Positions 1 to 13,869 of a stretch of 64,000 nucleotides of DNA are shown here, piece by piece. The number at the start of each line of letters is the position of its first letter. Position 1 is the first letter of the stretch. Under the pieces are notes generated by a model. That model saw only the letters and a program-made list of their open reading frames with translations. It was not told the DNA's origin and did no database searches. Both the position numbers and the translations under genes were made by a program. The stretch is from Raillietiella orientalis (taxonomy: Eukaryota), in assembly GCA_036172245.1 (NCBI GenBank), contig JAYWIR010000034.1:1488001-1552000 (forward strand), written 5' to 3'.

Positions 1-570
1 CACGAGGCTCCGAAGAAAGACATCTACTCCATGCTCTCGCCCCTTCTTCACCGTCCCGGAGGAGCAGGAACGAACATCTTCCTATCCCACTCGGGAAGGG
101 AGGCGAACGCAGATTCCGTCGAATAGGCGTAGGGATTCAGGGAAGGGTTAGAGAGATTCTCCATCTTTCCCGCGGCCGCTGAAGGAGGAGGAGAGCTAAA
201 GAAATCCATTCCATCCTATCCCGCTTTTCGGGGAGGCGACGTGCCCCTTGAGATTTCAGGAGAAGCAGGGGGAGAAGGGAGGAGGGAATTCAGAACTGCT
301 CGAGGGAGAAAGAGAAACAGGAAGCGGGAAAAAGAGACGACGGAACGTCCAGACAGAGAGAGACCAGACGCCATCCAGAACCCTAGCTCCATAGGATCGC
401 GGACCTCGCCCTTCAGGGGAGGGGAGAGCTGACTACTCATCTGGAATGCACCTTCCCTTTCCCCCCAAGGAAACAAGCTCATGGGATTGCCTCTGCGGTC
501 GAAGGTGGTCCTATCCAACCTGCTACGCGGGGTTCTCACCGCTGCCAAAGAGGTCTAGGGAGCGTGTCTC

Positions 571-3500
571 TCCTGGAAAGAAAGGCAGTGGCTTCCCGTC
601 ACGGGAGGGTCTCCTGAAGAAACCACATGGAACTTGGGATATCCCCGGCATCGGAGAAACGTCTTCTGGGATACCAGGAGAGGGTGGACGGGCTAGGAGG
701 AGGAAAACGGGGAGTCTCGGAGGTCGGGGGAAGTTCGTCACCTCTTCTCACGCTTCTCAGACCCCTTCGCCAAGCGGAGCAGATCGCATCCTGGATCAGA
801 AATTTTCCCTGACACGTGTCTAACAGCCACGTTTCTCCTTTCCCGAATGGAGGGAGGATAGAAGAGGGGAGGAACGTTCCTGTTCGAGAGCACGCGTAAA
901 GGGAGTTCTTTTCTCTTGAAGGCCCACTAGGAGAGTTTCCTCCCCTCATCTGTCGCTAGGAGACTGTTTTCTCGAGGGGCCCCATCGCCGCTGAGGCGGG
1001 TGCACAATCTGGGGAAAAAGGAAGGAGGGCAGTGTCCTTGGAAACTCCAGGACGCCGCTTCACAGTGGAGAGAGATGGGGATGTCAGCAAAAAGTGGGGA
1101 GGAGGGATCCGGCAAGACGGTGGATGGAGGATGGTGAAGGAGTGGTAAACGGATGGGGGAAAGGAGGGAAAGAGATAAAAAAAAAAAAAAAAGAAGGTCC
1201 ATTGTCGTCGTGGTCAACTACCCCCTCCCCCATCTTTAGCCGTCGGCGCTCACATGCCTCGGAGCAGGCTGACAGCTGTGGGCTGCTTTCCTGAATGGTC
1301 CTGAGGGTCCATCAGAGGGTCGTACACGCCCCCGAGTTCGCTTTCCCGTCCGATGAAAAGGAGAATCACCGGCGCGTCCGGAACAAAAACAAGAGAGAAA
1401 AGGGTGAAGGGTGAGCGGAAACTTCTCATTGTCAAGGAGACGGAGGAGAGGAGGAGCGGGGGAGGGAGGGAGCGGCGGCGGCGGACTGAGGGGGGGAAGG
1501 TCTCCCTTTCTTCTCCCCCTCCATTGTCTCCCCTTCGGGAGCTCCTGCTCCTCCACCCAAGACAGATTAGAGAACCGGTTCTGGAAGACGCGTCGGTCGT
1601 TCGACGGGCCGCAAAGTTCGAGCGGCCGACAGCTGAATTTATCAATCACGGAGCCGTTAGGCCCTGGAGGGAAGAGCCCGCTCCATCCCCCTCCTCCTCC
1701 GACGGCCTTCGTCTCGAGCGGGAAGACGGAGAGGAGGAGGAGGAGGCGGTCTGCTCCATCGCGCGCGGCGGACGTCCGTCAGCCTCCGCTGTCATGTCAC
1801 GCGGGGGGTTTTCTTCTCCCTTTCCTTCTTTCTCCCTTCCCTCCCTTCCTTTCTCCAGAGATCAAAGGGAAGACCCTAACTCTCTCTCCTTTCTCCTTAT
1901 CTCCGCAGATCAAAGGGCCTTCCCCTTTGATCTGCTGAGGAAGAACCGCATAAATAATCCCCGCGTGCGTTGCGAGTCGCCGCTGACGCACGTCTTGTCT
2001 TCGGTAATTGCGCGCGACGTGGAGAGCAGTGCGAACGGCTTCTAAGTATCCCGTCCAGAGGAGGAAGTCAGGGGGACTCCGGGGGGAAAGGCCGGCTGAC
2101 GACAGACAGAAGACGGGTTGATGGGTCCTTCTTCCTCTTCTTTTCCTTCCTATCCCTATTCCTCTTTTTCTCCTTCCTTCCTTTCCTTTCCTGCTTCCCT
2201 TCAGAACATAGAGTCTCCAGGCAACAAGCTGTCAACTGCAGCGCCATGGGCTTTGTCCGCATTGCACGGGGAAACGCTTTCTTTCAGGCCGCTAAGGCCT
2301 CCGGGAAGTGTCCTCGGTCGGCCATCGCTTTTCGCGGATCCTTCCAAGAGAGAAGGGGGAAGAAGAAAAAGCGAAAGACAAAGCGCGTGCGGCGAACGAA
2401 GTGAGAAACCGAGCATGAGAAACGAGGGGCAGCGCCGCCCGATAAGATCTGCGGGCTGCTCGTCTCACACTCGTCCTCGGGTTTGGTCTCGGCGACGATA
2501 GGCGGGAAAGTGCACGGCTGTACGTGGAGGCCAGGCCCCAGGAGCAGCAGCTGTCTTACGTACATGCTGGGAATGCTCCCCCTATCCCCTGGCTCGCTCC
2601 TTGCCCGGAAACGCGCGCGTCGGATTAGTAGGGCATCACCCTCACTTCTGCAAGGCCTCTCGCCTTCCGAGCTCCTCTCGCTTCCAGGCCCTCCGTCCTC
2701 TTCCCTTCACCCCGCCTCGCACCCCCAGCTCGGATGGCGCGCCCCGATGCCTCATTGTCAAGGTGCGTGCAGTCTCCCTGGACCTCCGACGCATTCGAGC
2801 GCTGCAGGAAACTTTCCCGTGGTTTGCCGCACTATTCCCGCGGGCATGAAGGCAGCGGGCGAATTGCTGTGGCCCAACAGCGTCTTCGCAGCTTCCGTGT
2901 TCGGGCACGACCGGGTTCCTTTGTTGCCCTGAGAACGGCCGGGGTGCCCGGACGCTTGCGGTGCGTACGCCGGCGGCCTTCTCTCCCGAAGTTTTTTTCC
3001 CCCGGAAACGCGGAAGCGCGAGGGGGCTCAGCGGGCGGCGAGGAGCTCTCTTGCTGATGATTGGCGCAGCGTTTCCGGCTGCGCCTTCGGTCATTTTTCT
3101 CGGTGCTCTCCGCGGTGGTTCCTCGAGGGTTTCCTCGAGCGTACGCGGAGACGGCCACAGTGCATTCGCTACGGCGAGACGAACTAGCGGGTTCTTCCGC
3201 TTCCGCATCTCCATCGAGCAGGGCAGGAGGCATTGGCTGGGTTGCTCGGGTCCCTCCCTGTCTCTGGCGTCCCATCGCGGCGGCTCCTCAAGGCCCTCAC
3301 GGATGCGACCCGACAGATTATTCCAGATGTGTCTTTTCTCGAGTCGAGACGCTAGGGCTGCGAGGATTAGAAGTAGCATCTCTCGCTCTCTCCGCCCACG
3401 CAGCCCTCTGTGGATCTTTGCTGAATTGCTGAAGACGCCGCCAGGCCTATGGGGAATTCGAGGGTGAGGAAGCTGGACGCAAGAGAGGGATTGCGCTTCT

Positions 3501-4100
3501 CGTTAGCTGCTGCTCCGATACGCAGAACCGCGCGGATCCGAAGTTCAGTCATCGTGGAAACGCCTCCAAGGGCGAGGCACATGGTCGCTCCTCTTGGCCC
3601 CTTAAGCTTACCCCATATTACGTTCTCCCCCTAGGAATCTGCTGAAATCGCACGGGCTTCTAGGAAGAGGGATCTGCTGTCGCAGGGAGTCGATCATCGA
3701 GAGAAAGCGGAGCGATAGCATCCCTAGACGACCTTGGAAGGAAGGCAGTGCGCTCGCTTCCCGCCGCCGCTTCTCGGGCGCGGGAAGCGAGCGCGCTGTC
3801 GCCGCGCGCTCTCCTTTCTCTCCTCCGCTTCCTGTTCCGTTCGGATCTCTCGCCACCGCCGCCAGTCAGCCAGCCAGCCAGCCGGAAGCAGTAGCTCCCG
3901 AGGGAGATTTTTATCGCTCTCTCGGCACGCGGCGTGACGGTTCGCGCGCTTCCGACCGCCTCGATAAGATCGGGAAGGGAGGAAAGAAGGAAAGGGGGCA
4001 GTGGGCACGTGTGCGGCGGGCGCTCCCATCACCGGAGGCGTTTTGTAGCGCCTTCCTTCAGGCTGCCTCTCTATAAATGCCACCACGGTGCCGTCAGATC
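571..4100 (+). mobile_element. Highly decayed LINE (L1/Tx1-like) ORF2 fossil: APE endonuclease + RT + thumb
   Basis: Degenerate motifs appear in canonical order across frames. APE: SWKERQWL (~571, cf. SWNxRGL), GKRGV (~705), LGDC (~957, cf. GDFN). RT: EDPNSLSFLLISAD (~1870), VLSSVI..NGF (~1992-2042), HRVS..MGF (~2206-2253), FCKASRL (~2646, cf. FxxASGL), GRIAVA/NSVFAA (~2858-2893, cf. GRxxLxNS). Many stops and frameshifts; 3' end approximate. Confidence 0.55.
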
Positions 4101-4399
4101 CTGGCGGCTGCTCCTCACTGCCTCCTCCCCCCCCCCTCTCGGGAGTTTATTCCTGAGCCGCCGCTCGCGCCACGTCGGAGGGGAAGGCGCGCTGTTGCAA
4201 CCTGAGAACGGCGGTAGCAATCCTGAATACTGCGCGCCGGTTTCGTCTTTCTGCTGCTGCTCCTTTTCTTCTGGAACTTCGGATGGCACTCTTCCTTCAA
4301 GGAAGACGCGCAGAAACGCAGCCCTTTTCTCCCTCGCTTAGCCAGGCGGCGCCTCCGCCAGGTTCTCCGGCCCTCTTGAGTCACGACCAGGTGAGCCGG

Positions 4400-6950
4400 C
4401 GGTGGCGGGGCACTGGCGCTGGTGTTACTGGCACGCCGAGAGGAGGGAGACTCACCGCCTTCCTTGCGTCCCATCGGGTTCCACCGATAGGCAGTCTGGC
4501 CGAAACGATGGCGGAGGCAGCGGCAGAGCTTCCCTCTCCTCCTCTGTTCCGCGCTCTGCATCTCCACGTGCGCCCTTTTAACCCTTTGTTTCGTCCGTGA
4601 GCCGGCAGAAAGATCTCGACCAAAGAGAAGCGGACCGGTCGGAGGCTCGGATTACTCAAAAGATCGGCGCCCGGAGTGATGACCTGCGTAGCGGATCTCC
4701 GGGAAAGGAGGGGCGTAGAGTGGAACTCTACCGCTCAAGGAACGCTCTGTGTCAAAAAGCGAGCGCCTCCGAAAAGATCGACGCCATTGCGGAGGCGCCG
4801 AGTGACGGCGGCAGCTTTCGGCGACACCGAAAGGGGAGACAGAGGAAGGAGGAGCATGAAAAGGAGCCGAATCCTCCTATGGGATGCTGCTCCGACGCGC
4901 GCCCGAGAGAAATGCAGAGTCGGATGCTCTCTAGAAATCCCTCTCAGACGCAAGGAAAGCAATGGGACCCTCTTCGAGAGAGACCTGTAGGAAAACCTAG
5001 GAACTTCCAGGTAAGAATCCAGTGCCTTTTGTGTGGAAGAGTTTTCTGTGGATGAGCTTTCTCCTCCCAAGGAGGAAGCGAAGGCGTCTCAGCGCGGAGA
5101 GATGCGAGGGAGAGAGAGAGGCCTCATGTTCCGATAGCGCTGGGACATTCCTGGGACCCTTCAGCGTACATCCAGCGCGAAGCAAGCACAAAATACCCCT
5201 CAGAAGGGGATTCTGGGGTGGGGATGTAACCTTCGCGATAACCCTTCCAGGACCTCCTCCATCCCTTTCTTTTTTGCATGGCTCTGAGAAATGCTTGCTC
5301 AGCAGCTCCACAGCACTTCTTGGAGAGAATGCTCCAGGAGCAGCGGGAGGCGTTCCCTCCTTGTGTTGTACCCCTTCCTGATCGCAGGACACGTAAAGAG
5401 CAGCAGCAGCGCCGCGGTGAGCGAGTGGCTCGGTTTGGAGCTCCTGAGCCAACCGAAGAGCGTTGCTACCTGGAGTAACCTGTTGGCTGCCGACCTTCTC
5501 CCCCTCTAGCTTCCCGGCCACGCGCTTTCCCCTTCAGAGGAAGGACTCCATCTCTCCTTTCCTCCGCAGGGCCTTTAGCTGCCCGCCACCCTTCGGATCG
5601 GCGAACCCTTTGTGAGAGAGCGGAGGAGGAGGAAACGTGGGTCGCGTCTAGGCTCGACCCCTGCTACAAAAAACCAAATCCCAAAGTAGCGGTTCTCTTC
5701 CCTTTGCCTGTTTTTCTGGGAACGGAGAAAGGGCGGCCCGTCCGAGAGACCTCCCTCGTCCCGGCTTGTCAGAGTTCTGACGGCGGCGAATCAGAGTTTT
5801 CTCCTCTCCCCCCCCCCCCCCTCCCCTTCCCTATTCTACTTTCGCAGTTCCCTGTGCGAGCGCCTAAGCCTCATGAGTTCTGTTAGCTTGTCGCGGCAGA
5901 CGTGGTCCGTTTCTCAGCCACCAGAGGATGCTACGACCGCAATTCCCCCCATGCTGGCTTTGAGGTCTTCCTTTCACTTCCGGAGCGTGCATCGTAGGAC
6001 AAGGCACAGGAAGAGATCAAGAAAGACACCTCCGGATTTTCTGGGTCGGAACGGTCACCTCAAGCTGACCATCTCTTGAGAGGGAAGATCTAAGGATCGG
6101 AAGGAGGAGGTGGCTGGGAGATCTCGACGCCGAGGGTTCGTCCGTGAGGACCAAGGAAAAGAATAAAATACCAGTATTACAAGTCGAAACGAGGTTCACC
6201 AGCGACGAGCTCCAGCCTGCATTGGAGACTTTGTGGTTAAGGCTTCCGCGCGTGGAACCATGCGTCGCGGGTTCGAATACTTCGGCAGAAACTGATGCCA
6301 CTGCGTCGTTGGGTTCCGAGTTTCTCCTGCAAGATGGCGCTGGTGGGCCGAAACATTCGGGCGTGGCACCGGTGGTCGTTCAAGCCGGGAGGCCCATGAT
6401 GAAGGCCGGAACAATGGGAGTCGACCTTCGGGTCTTCCCAGGAATAAAGGAGTGGGGAGTTCCCTCTCCTGTCGTGCAACGGAGAGCGGACCCCCGTCAC
6501 CGGGGGGACCCTTCCGGTTTCAAGATGGAGCAGGAGCCTTCACAGGCACCTCTCACAGTTGTTTAAAGGAGCGGACTGCCCCCTGTTGCGGGGGGACCCT
6601 CCGAGTAGCCACCTCTCCAGAAGAGTGCAAGGAAGCAAACGAGAGCGATCCCCCTGCAGGAAGCTGCAGCGCCCCTTCTGAGTTTCGGAAGCGTCCCTTC
6701 GGGGTTCTCTTCAGAAGAGTGAACAGGAGCGGTTCCCTTGCGGGTTCCCTTCGGAGAAGTTCAAATGGAGAGGACCACCCCCATTAGGGGGGTGTCCCTC
6801 CGGAGAGAATGAGGAGGGAGATTCCCTTCGGAGACAACCAGGATGGGAGATGCGATCTCCCCCTCCAAGCGTGAGAGGAACGTACTCCGGGCTTTCCTGG
6901 ATTCCTAGGGCGGACCCCTTCCGGGGTGCCCCCCTATCTTGAAGAATAAC
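4400..6950 (-). mobile_element. Highly decayed LINE (Tx1-like) ORF2 fossil
   Basis: Minus-strand motifs in order. APE: LGIQE (~6900), KGISLLI (~6820), YSWEDPKVD (~6435, cf. YTW..SRID), NDHR (~6375, cf. SDH). RT: QQVTPG (~5480), VSCDQE (~5385, cf. Tx1 SLDQEKAFD), MYAE (~5165, cf. YADD), KFLGFP (~5000, cf. KYLG). Confidence 0.6.
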
Positions 6951-7799
6951 ACGCACCCTCCGCGGGTGGCGTGGAACAGTGTTAAAGAGCCACGTGCGCC
7001 GCAAGGCACACGACCGGCTCTTGAGGTACTTAGCGAACCAAAAAAAAGAAAATTCTAAAAAAAAAAACGAGTTCCAGGCGCGAGAAGGACTGGCATGCCG
7101 CTCGTTGATCCACGAGAACGCACACCCCTGCAGCCTGTCGGCACCCGGAGGAAGAGCTCGGGGAAGAGAGCTCTGATCCGCACGGTCTCACATGCGTTCA
7201 GTCAGGGTGCTCTTCTTCACCCTCCTCATGGAGCTTCCCTTCCTCCTAGGAAGGCAGGAAATTTCTTCCAGTAGCGTGCTGGTGCTAGGATCTTCCTGTC
7301 CTTCCGCGTCATCCACTGTGAGGCTCCCCTTTATGGAAGAAGGAGGAGAGAAAGCTGGAGGCGAGCTGAAACGGATGCAAGGAGCGCGCAGGAAATGCCG
7401 AGCTTAGCCTCCATCCCTCTTCTTTTAGGGAACATTCCTTAAAAGACTCTTGTGTCCAGAGAACACAGGCGAGCCATCCTGCACAAGTTCATCTCTCCTC
7501 TCCTCCTTCCTCTTCGCCGTCCCGTTCGGGGAGGCTGCTGATCCCGGGATAGAAGGGAACAGGAGGAGAACCCATTTCCAAGGAGAAGAAAGAACTTCCT
7601 TTTCCCTCCTACAACCAGATCGCCTCCTCCTCCTGACTCCCTCATCAAGATCACAGTCCTTCCCAGGATCCGAAGACGTCCAGATAACGTAGTTCGAAGC
7701 GCAGAATCTCAGGGAGGAGGAAAGAGGAGAGGGAGAGGTTTGGGAGTTTGTTGTCTTGGCCTTCTTACCGGATTCGCATGATCCCTCGACTCCGAAAGT

Positions 7800-9700
7800 T
7801 CCCGAAAATCTCTGAGTGAGGAGGGATGGGAGAATCGACCGCCGACGGGGAAGATCCTTTCCCGCCATTTCTTAGCGAGCGGCTCGAGTCCCACAGGAGA
7901 GGATCTTTCCCGAAAGTGGAAGGAGAGGCCGGACAGGACGAAACCCGAGAAGGCATGTTTGCACGGGATGAAGAGAAGGTGGGAGCCACCTCTCCGTGGA
8001 GTAGGCAGAGTCCTTCCGACCCTTCCCTGTCGTGCACACGACTCCAGGTCGCTTCGAGGCGGTGATCTGGTTGTAAGAGGAAATGATGCTTGGTTTCCGG
8101 AGGCAGGTCATCGAGCGATGGGGGACGTGCACACTCTGGAGCGAGATGCCTCCTTCGTCCACCGACATGGAAACAGGAAGGAAGAAACGAGGAAGTTCCA
8201 GGTTGTTGCCATCTGCTTGGCAACAGAAAGTCTAGCGCGGTTCCTATTTCTCACCTTAATCCCTTCTCCGTTTTCCGTGAAACGAGTGGACCGCAGCAGT
8301 GGAGTTCCCTCGCAAAAGAAAGAGGTCAATCCGATCCCCTCCTTGACCCCTCATCTTTCTCGCTCGCTCACGTTGGCGCCTGCTCTTCTACCATCGACGC
8401 ATTTTTCGCTGACTTGCTGGAGGATAGAGGAAGGCTTGCCGAAGGTAGGGAACGGAAGTTTCAGTGGGAGAGGGAGTTGTAGAGTGGGGTTTCAGTGGGA
8501 CCAGGGCTTCCCTATTCTCTCAGCTTACTTGTTGGTCTCCTTCTCTACTTGTCAACGGGCGAGAGGAGACAATCGAAGGAGAGAGCGACCCGACGGAGTG
8601 AGCGAGCGCCTCGATCTGGTCCAGGTAATGCACTTTCCCCGGGTGGTTTTGAACGCCGCCATCTTCGGAACGCGGGCGAACTGTCCTGTCTCTGCACGGA
8701 GATTGCTGGAGACTGCTGTCTTCTTGAAATAGCTAGGATGGCAGCTACGCTCAAACCTCAGAGACCACGAAATCCTCTCGTCCCCTCTCGGCCTACAGTC
8801 TGCCAATCTCGGGGATAAGAAGGTGGGAGGACGAAAGCATCACAAGCACTGTCTATACCAGGAGGCGGACGCCTATTCATATATCCGGGAGGCACGCGGG
8901 AGCAAAGCGAAGACCGCCGATCTCTCGCTCCCTCTCTTCCTCCGCGTCTCCACCACACCTATGCAACTTTGAAGAGGACTAGCATTCTGTGGGAACTGTT
9001 GCTCCTCTCGTGGCATTGCGCAAGCATTCTCACCCTCGCCATATCTTGGTACTTGCCCACCTCCCGGAAAAAACTCAAAGGAGAGAATGCGGATTTGCAA
9101 CTAGCCCATAGAAAAAAACTCTCAGGGCTCAGGATGACGCTGGAACTCAAGACGTCGCCCCCCTCTGCGTCCGTGCCACATGAGGGACTTGTTCGCGGAG
9201 CCGATCGAGTTGGTCCACCAGGGATCCCGGCAGATGAGTGCTGTCCTGAGCAGCTCGGGACCTTGCAAAAGATCTGCTATCATGAGACCTGCAGACGTCT
9301 CCGGTCGCTTGCACCCTCGAAGAGACCTTTCTCTTAGTTACTACGCCATTTGGGGAACACGAGTTCCAGGTGGCGCGTATCAGCGAGGGCGTTCCCGCGA
9401 CGATCGCCGATTTGGACCATCGTTCGCCCCTTCCAGAAACCGGATCACGGCAAACACATTGGCTCCCTTCTAAGCGACGAGGAAAAGGGGAGGGAGGGCG
9501 TCAACCCATTCACCCTTTCCCTTCCCAAAAGACTTTGTTAGGGAAGGACGCTAACAATGGGATGCTTCGAAAGGGTGTCATGCATTGTCTTCCCACTCGT
9601 CCTTGACCGGAGGATAAAGTTCGGGAGGTGGGAGGAGAGAGGAGCGGGAAAAGCTGGGAGAGCAGAAGGCACACGTTCTGGCGAAAAGGGACAGCTAGTC
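7800..9700 (+). mobile_element. Highly decayed LINE ORF2 fossil (RT, thumb, C-terminal region)
   Basis: FRPFPVVH-DSRSL (~8015, cf. YRPISLLNxDxKI), VVAICL (~8202), QGFPILS (~8502, cf. QGCPLS), LK*LG (~8725, cf. KYLG), LSIPGGGRLFI (~8849), ILW (~8985), AIWGTRVP (~9345), WEERG (~9629). Confidence 0.6.
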
Positions 9701-9899
9701 CGAAAGTTTCCTTTCCAAGAGTTGGTGAGGTCATCAAAGGCAGAAGAGCTCGAAATCTTTGCCTCCTTTAGGCAGACCTGAGTGGCAGAAAAAAAAAAAC
9801 GAATTTGTATGGTGGAGAGTAAGGGGTGGTAGTGAGTGAGTGAGGGTGCCTTTCTTGCCGTCCGTCCCATTCCTCCTCTGAAGAGAAATTTTCGTGGGG

Positions 9900-12620
9900 T
9901 CAAAGCGGACGGATTGTCGATCTCTCCGTCTTGTTTTGACTGCCGCCTGCTGCTCTCCACACCCATCCCTCTCCTGTCTTTTTTTCCTTTCTCTTCGCCG
10001 TTTCCGCGTTGTGCTTGTGAGGGTGAGCGCCCTCGATCCAGCTTGGTGACGTCACTGCGTGTTCCCCTCCACTCTTCCATGTTCACCGTTGCAGCGGAAG
10101 GGAGGGGATTTTGGGTCCAGCCGGCCAGTTGCACGGCATGAGTGAGACGAAAACCTCCCAAACCTTCCGTCTCGCTCTCTCCAGAAAGGCCTCTCCATGG
10201 TAACATGGAATTCTTCTCGAGCATCCACTGTGGCCAGAGAATAGCCCTCTTTCGACCCTTCGCAGCCCTGTCACCCATTCCCCGTGTTCCTGTGAAAGCG
10301 AAAAGCGAAAGAAAGCGGTAGAGGAAGGGGGAGCAGCGAAGAAGGAAGGAGGCACTTCCTCGCTGGACTGCCGGACGACTTCCCTTCGCCCCTTCTCCCA
10401 GACGACTGCAGAAAAGCAGGGTAGGAAAAAAGGAAACTACGGGTCAGTGGAAAGAGAGGGAAAGGGTGACGGATTTGGATCTCCCTGAAATAGGTTCCAC
10501 GTTCCAGAAATATGGTGTCCTGGGGCAACCTCCTGGATACCCCAGGAAAAAATGGAACAAGCAGGCGTTTTGTAACAGCGTACCATCTCCTCTCTCTCTT
10601 TCGCTAGTGCGGCCGTCGGACAGATCCCGTGTTGCACGCACAGCGCCGAGCGCCAAGGCACGTAGGACCCCAGACCCACTACAGAGATAGCGTCCGAGAA
10701 GGGGGAGGTCCCAACTCTTATCTCCCGGGAAACCGAATTTCGCTCTCCGGTAGACAAGCACTACCTCAACCCTTTTTGTTTGTTTGTTTTATTCCTCCCA
10801 CCACCCCTCCACCCTTACCTCTCTTAACCCTCCCCCCCCCCTTTTTGCCCCACCTGCCGTTTCTTGGGAGGGCGAATAGGCGATGCTGACGGCAGCGGCG
10901 CGACTGACTATTCACGACCCGCATATCTCCCTCTTTCTACTTCTGCAAACCGCGGGGTTTCCTGGAAAGCAAGGGAAGAGGATGAACCAAAGCGAGGGGG
11001 TCCGATACAAGAGGATGAGGAGAAGGAAGATCAGGGATCAGGAAGGAAAGGGATCCCTGGATCGTTATTCCAGCAGTTCCCGAGTTTGAGGGAGCACACT
11101 GGCCTGATGCTTCGAAACCTCCATAGCTACAGCATCAGCCAGAGCGGCGCCCCCTTCAAGTAGGAAGGGGAACGGAACCAGGGAAAAGCATAGTGGGGAT
11201 GAAGGGATCCTGATGCCTTGCCTCCAGATCGCCAAAGAGGAGGCGATTCGAAGACAAGACACCAGAATCGCTACTTGCCGCCGGTGGACCGAAAGAGGAA
11301 AAGGAGGCTTAAGAGGGAAGAAGCCCTCGTTCCTCCCGCTCTTCCGAGCCTCGAGAAACAGCGCTCCAATGGGCTCGCGACGTATGGCTCAGGGCGTTCC
11401 ACGAAGACACACGAGCGGAGAGAGAAGGCAAAGCGCTCTCCCGCCGCCAGCTCCGATGGTTAGCAGTCACGTTGGTAGGGAAGGCGGCAATCTCCTTCCC
11501 TCGCATCCTTTGAGGACGCTCCATCCTTAGGATGCTGAGGCTCGGAAAGAGGATGGCCTACTCTGACACACTGCGATGATCCGAAATCCAGCACCGTTGT
11601 CGTCTCCTGAGAGTTGCCTCCTCCTCTTCTCCCGATCCTTTCGTCCCTGTCTCGATGGATAGGGAAGAAAGGAAAAGTAAAAAGGGAGAGAATTGGAAAA
11701 GCTGCATCGGCGGCGCCTCATCCCTGTCTGTCCCCATCCACACAGCAGTGTCTTTGAAAGCAGAAAAGTCCCTAGAAGACTCGCAGCATCAACATCATCC
11801 GTGGTGCGCGCGAGACCGGCAGTCATGCCGAACCCTACAGAGGAAAAGGTCATTGAGGGTTCTAGCAGGGAAAGGGATGGGCATCCGGATGCAGTCGGCC
11901 CGCAGCACCTGGAAAGAGGTCGCTGGAGGGTCGGTGGCACCGCATCGTCCCAACGCCCACTCCTGGGAGCGCGCCGCAGGAGAGCCTCCCGCCTTCGGAA
12001 AGAGGGGAAGCGCACAAGGGCTTTGTCCAAGGATCTCCAAGCGGTGGAGAGGTCTTTTGTTGCCTTGAAGGAGTGGCGGGCCAGAGGACGGCAGTGTCAG
12101 GTTCCCGTTACGGTTCCCGGTTTTTTTTTTGGAGGGGTAGAAAAAAAGGAAGGGGAAGGAGGAGAAAGGGGCTTGAGGGCGTTTTCAAAGGACTCTGGAG
12201 GGCTCACAAAAGATCGGGGGAGTTGGTGCGCGCGCGAACAGAGCGCCATGGTCGTCGCTGAGGCGTCTGACGATCATGAGATCCCCACCTCGCTCGATCG
12301 GTGACCGTGACGTCGGTAGCGGAGAGCGTCACCTCAGGTGTTCATGTACAGAATCTCCCTCGTCCACTTCACCTTCTCTTTTCGACCGCGCCCCAGAGAT
12401 CCTGTCAATCTGGAGAAATCTCTTGCTACTTTGACCTGGAGCTCAAGTTGGACCAAACTGGAAGGAAAGAGAAGGAGCAATCCGACTACAGTTTCTGACT
12501 ACAGTGGTGCCTCCCCCTCTGGATGAGTGTCTCCTTCCCCGTGCCTTGCTTGAGCTTCGATTCTTCCGCGTAAGGCACTCCCTTTGGAACCCGCGCCATA
12601 TTTACCCTTCCGAAGCTGCA
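9900..12620 (-). mobile_element. Highly decayed LINE ORF2 fossil
   Basis: Minus-strand motifs. APE: YAEESK (~12570), GGGTTVV (~12510), GGDLMIV (~12280, cf. GGDFN), LDKALV (~12025). RT and thumb: LEGGAALAD (~11150), VNSQ (~10910), PFSDAISV (~10695, YADD position), RAILW..LPWR..GLGG (~10150-10250). Confidence 0.5.
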
Positions 12621-13149
12621 CTTGCCCGCTCGTCCCCCACCCTCATAGTCGGCGGGTCCAGCCGCAAGACCCACTTGGCACGCGTCGTTCTCCTATCTAT
12701 TCCTCCCCCTTATCCCCCGCCCGCGTCGCTAAAGGAGACGCTCTTCTGCCTGCCCACGCGTGAGCCTCCACCCTCGGTTGTTTCCAAGGAACTGACGCAT
12801 GACAGCGCAAGCCTGAGGGACTGGAAATCCTCCTAGCCTTCCTAGAGGGAGGGGAGAAAAAAAAGGAAAAAAAATGAGGGAAGGAGGATAGATAATCGGA
12901 TTGTGCCCCTTCACAAATCTCCCGCCAGCCGCCGAGGAAGAAATCTCAAACGAAGACAGCAGCAGCGAACGCCCGCTTTCACCCATTGACTACAGAAGGT
13001 ACGAAAAGGAGGGAAAGACGGAGAGCACAACATGATGAGGTGGAGAGAGGCAGGTGAACGAAGACCCCCTTCCCCCTCCCCCCCTTAAAAAAAAAAAAAA
13101 AGCATTTCTACCCCCATCTTTTCCCTCCTTCGACGGATGAGAAAGCCTC

Positions 13150-13750
13150 AACATGTGCCTCTTGTCTCCGTGAGACTGCCTGGCTCAGTACAGCTTCCAG
13201 ACTCCGTTCCCATGGAGCGAAACTGAACGGGGCCCTACGCGAGAATTCTTCGTCACACCTTTTTTCAGAGCGCCGTTCTCTCCGGACGACCCCGCGAGGC
13301 GACTGCTGCAAGCAATTAGAGATCGGCAGCGGACCGGACGGACGCGCCCTGCCCGCCCGCCCGCCTCCGGACGGCGAGATTTACAACAGCCGCGGAAATC
13401 CCGAGAGTCCGTGAACCCGGAGAGGAAAAATCCTGAGGAATCTCCCCGCAACAGAAGGATCCAGCGCGCCATAAAGAGCGGGAAGCCTCGGAATCTCCAT
13501 AAATTTCCATTAGCTGCGTTCTCTTCTTGGCGGATGCTGATTTTACGCCTCTTCCTCTCTCTCTTTTCCTTCCCCCCCCCCCCCAGCACCCGCCCTCCCT
13601 CCCTTCGCTGCGAGTGGACGCGATTGGCCGGAAGAAGCCGGCTATGGACAGCGGCGGCCCCACATCGTCCGAGGGAAGCGCCGAACACGCGCATTCGCCA
13701 CGGCATTCGCGTTTGAAAGGAGCCGAAATCGCTCGGGAAGGGCCTCAAAA
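13150..13750 (-). mobile_element. Decayed LINE APE-endonuclease fragment
   Basis: SFQTR, ASLGRCGAAAV, EIYGD..RSLW and FCCGEI occur in APE order; no RT recognised downstream. Confidence 0.35.
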
Positions 13751-13869
13751 GAGAAAAGGGGGAGAAGGGGGGAGGGGAACACGCGGGATCAGAAGGAACA
13801 CTTGCTACAGTGATTTACAAGAGGAATGGATCGGGAGGGAGGGCCGATGGGGCAAATAGAAGGGAACTC

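Noticed and set aside
2790..2820. ALQET as an APE endonuclease motif
   Set aside because: It lies between RT motif FCKASRL and thumb motif GRIAVA/NSVF of the same element, so it is coincidental.
5015..5055. CLLCG as a gag zinc knuckle
   Set aside because: It lacks the His/Cys spacing and is antisense to the KFLG region of the minus-strand RT fossil.
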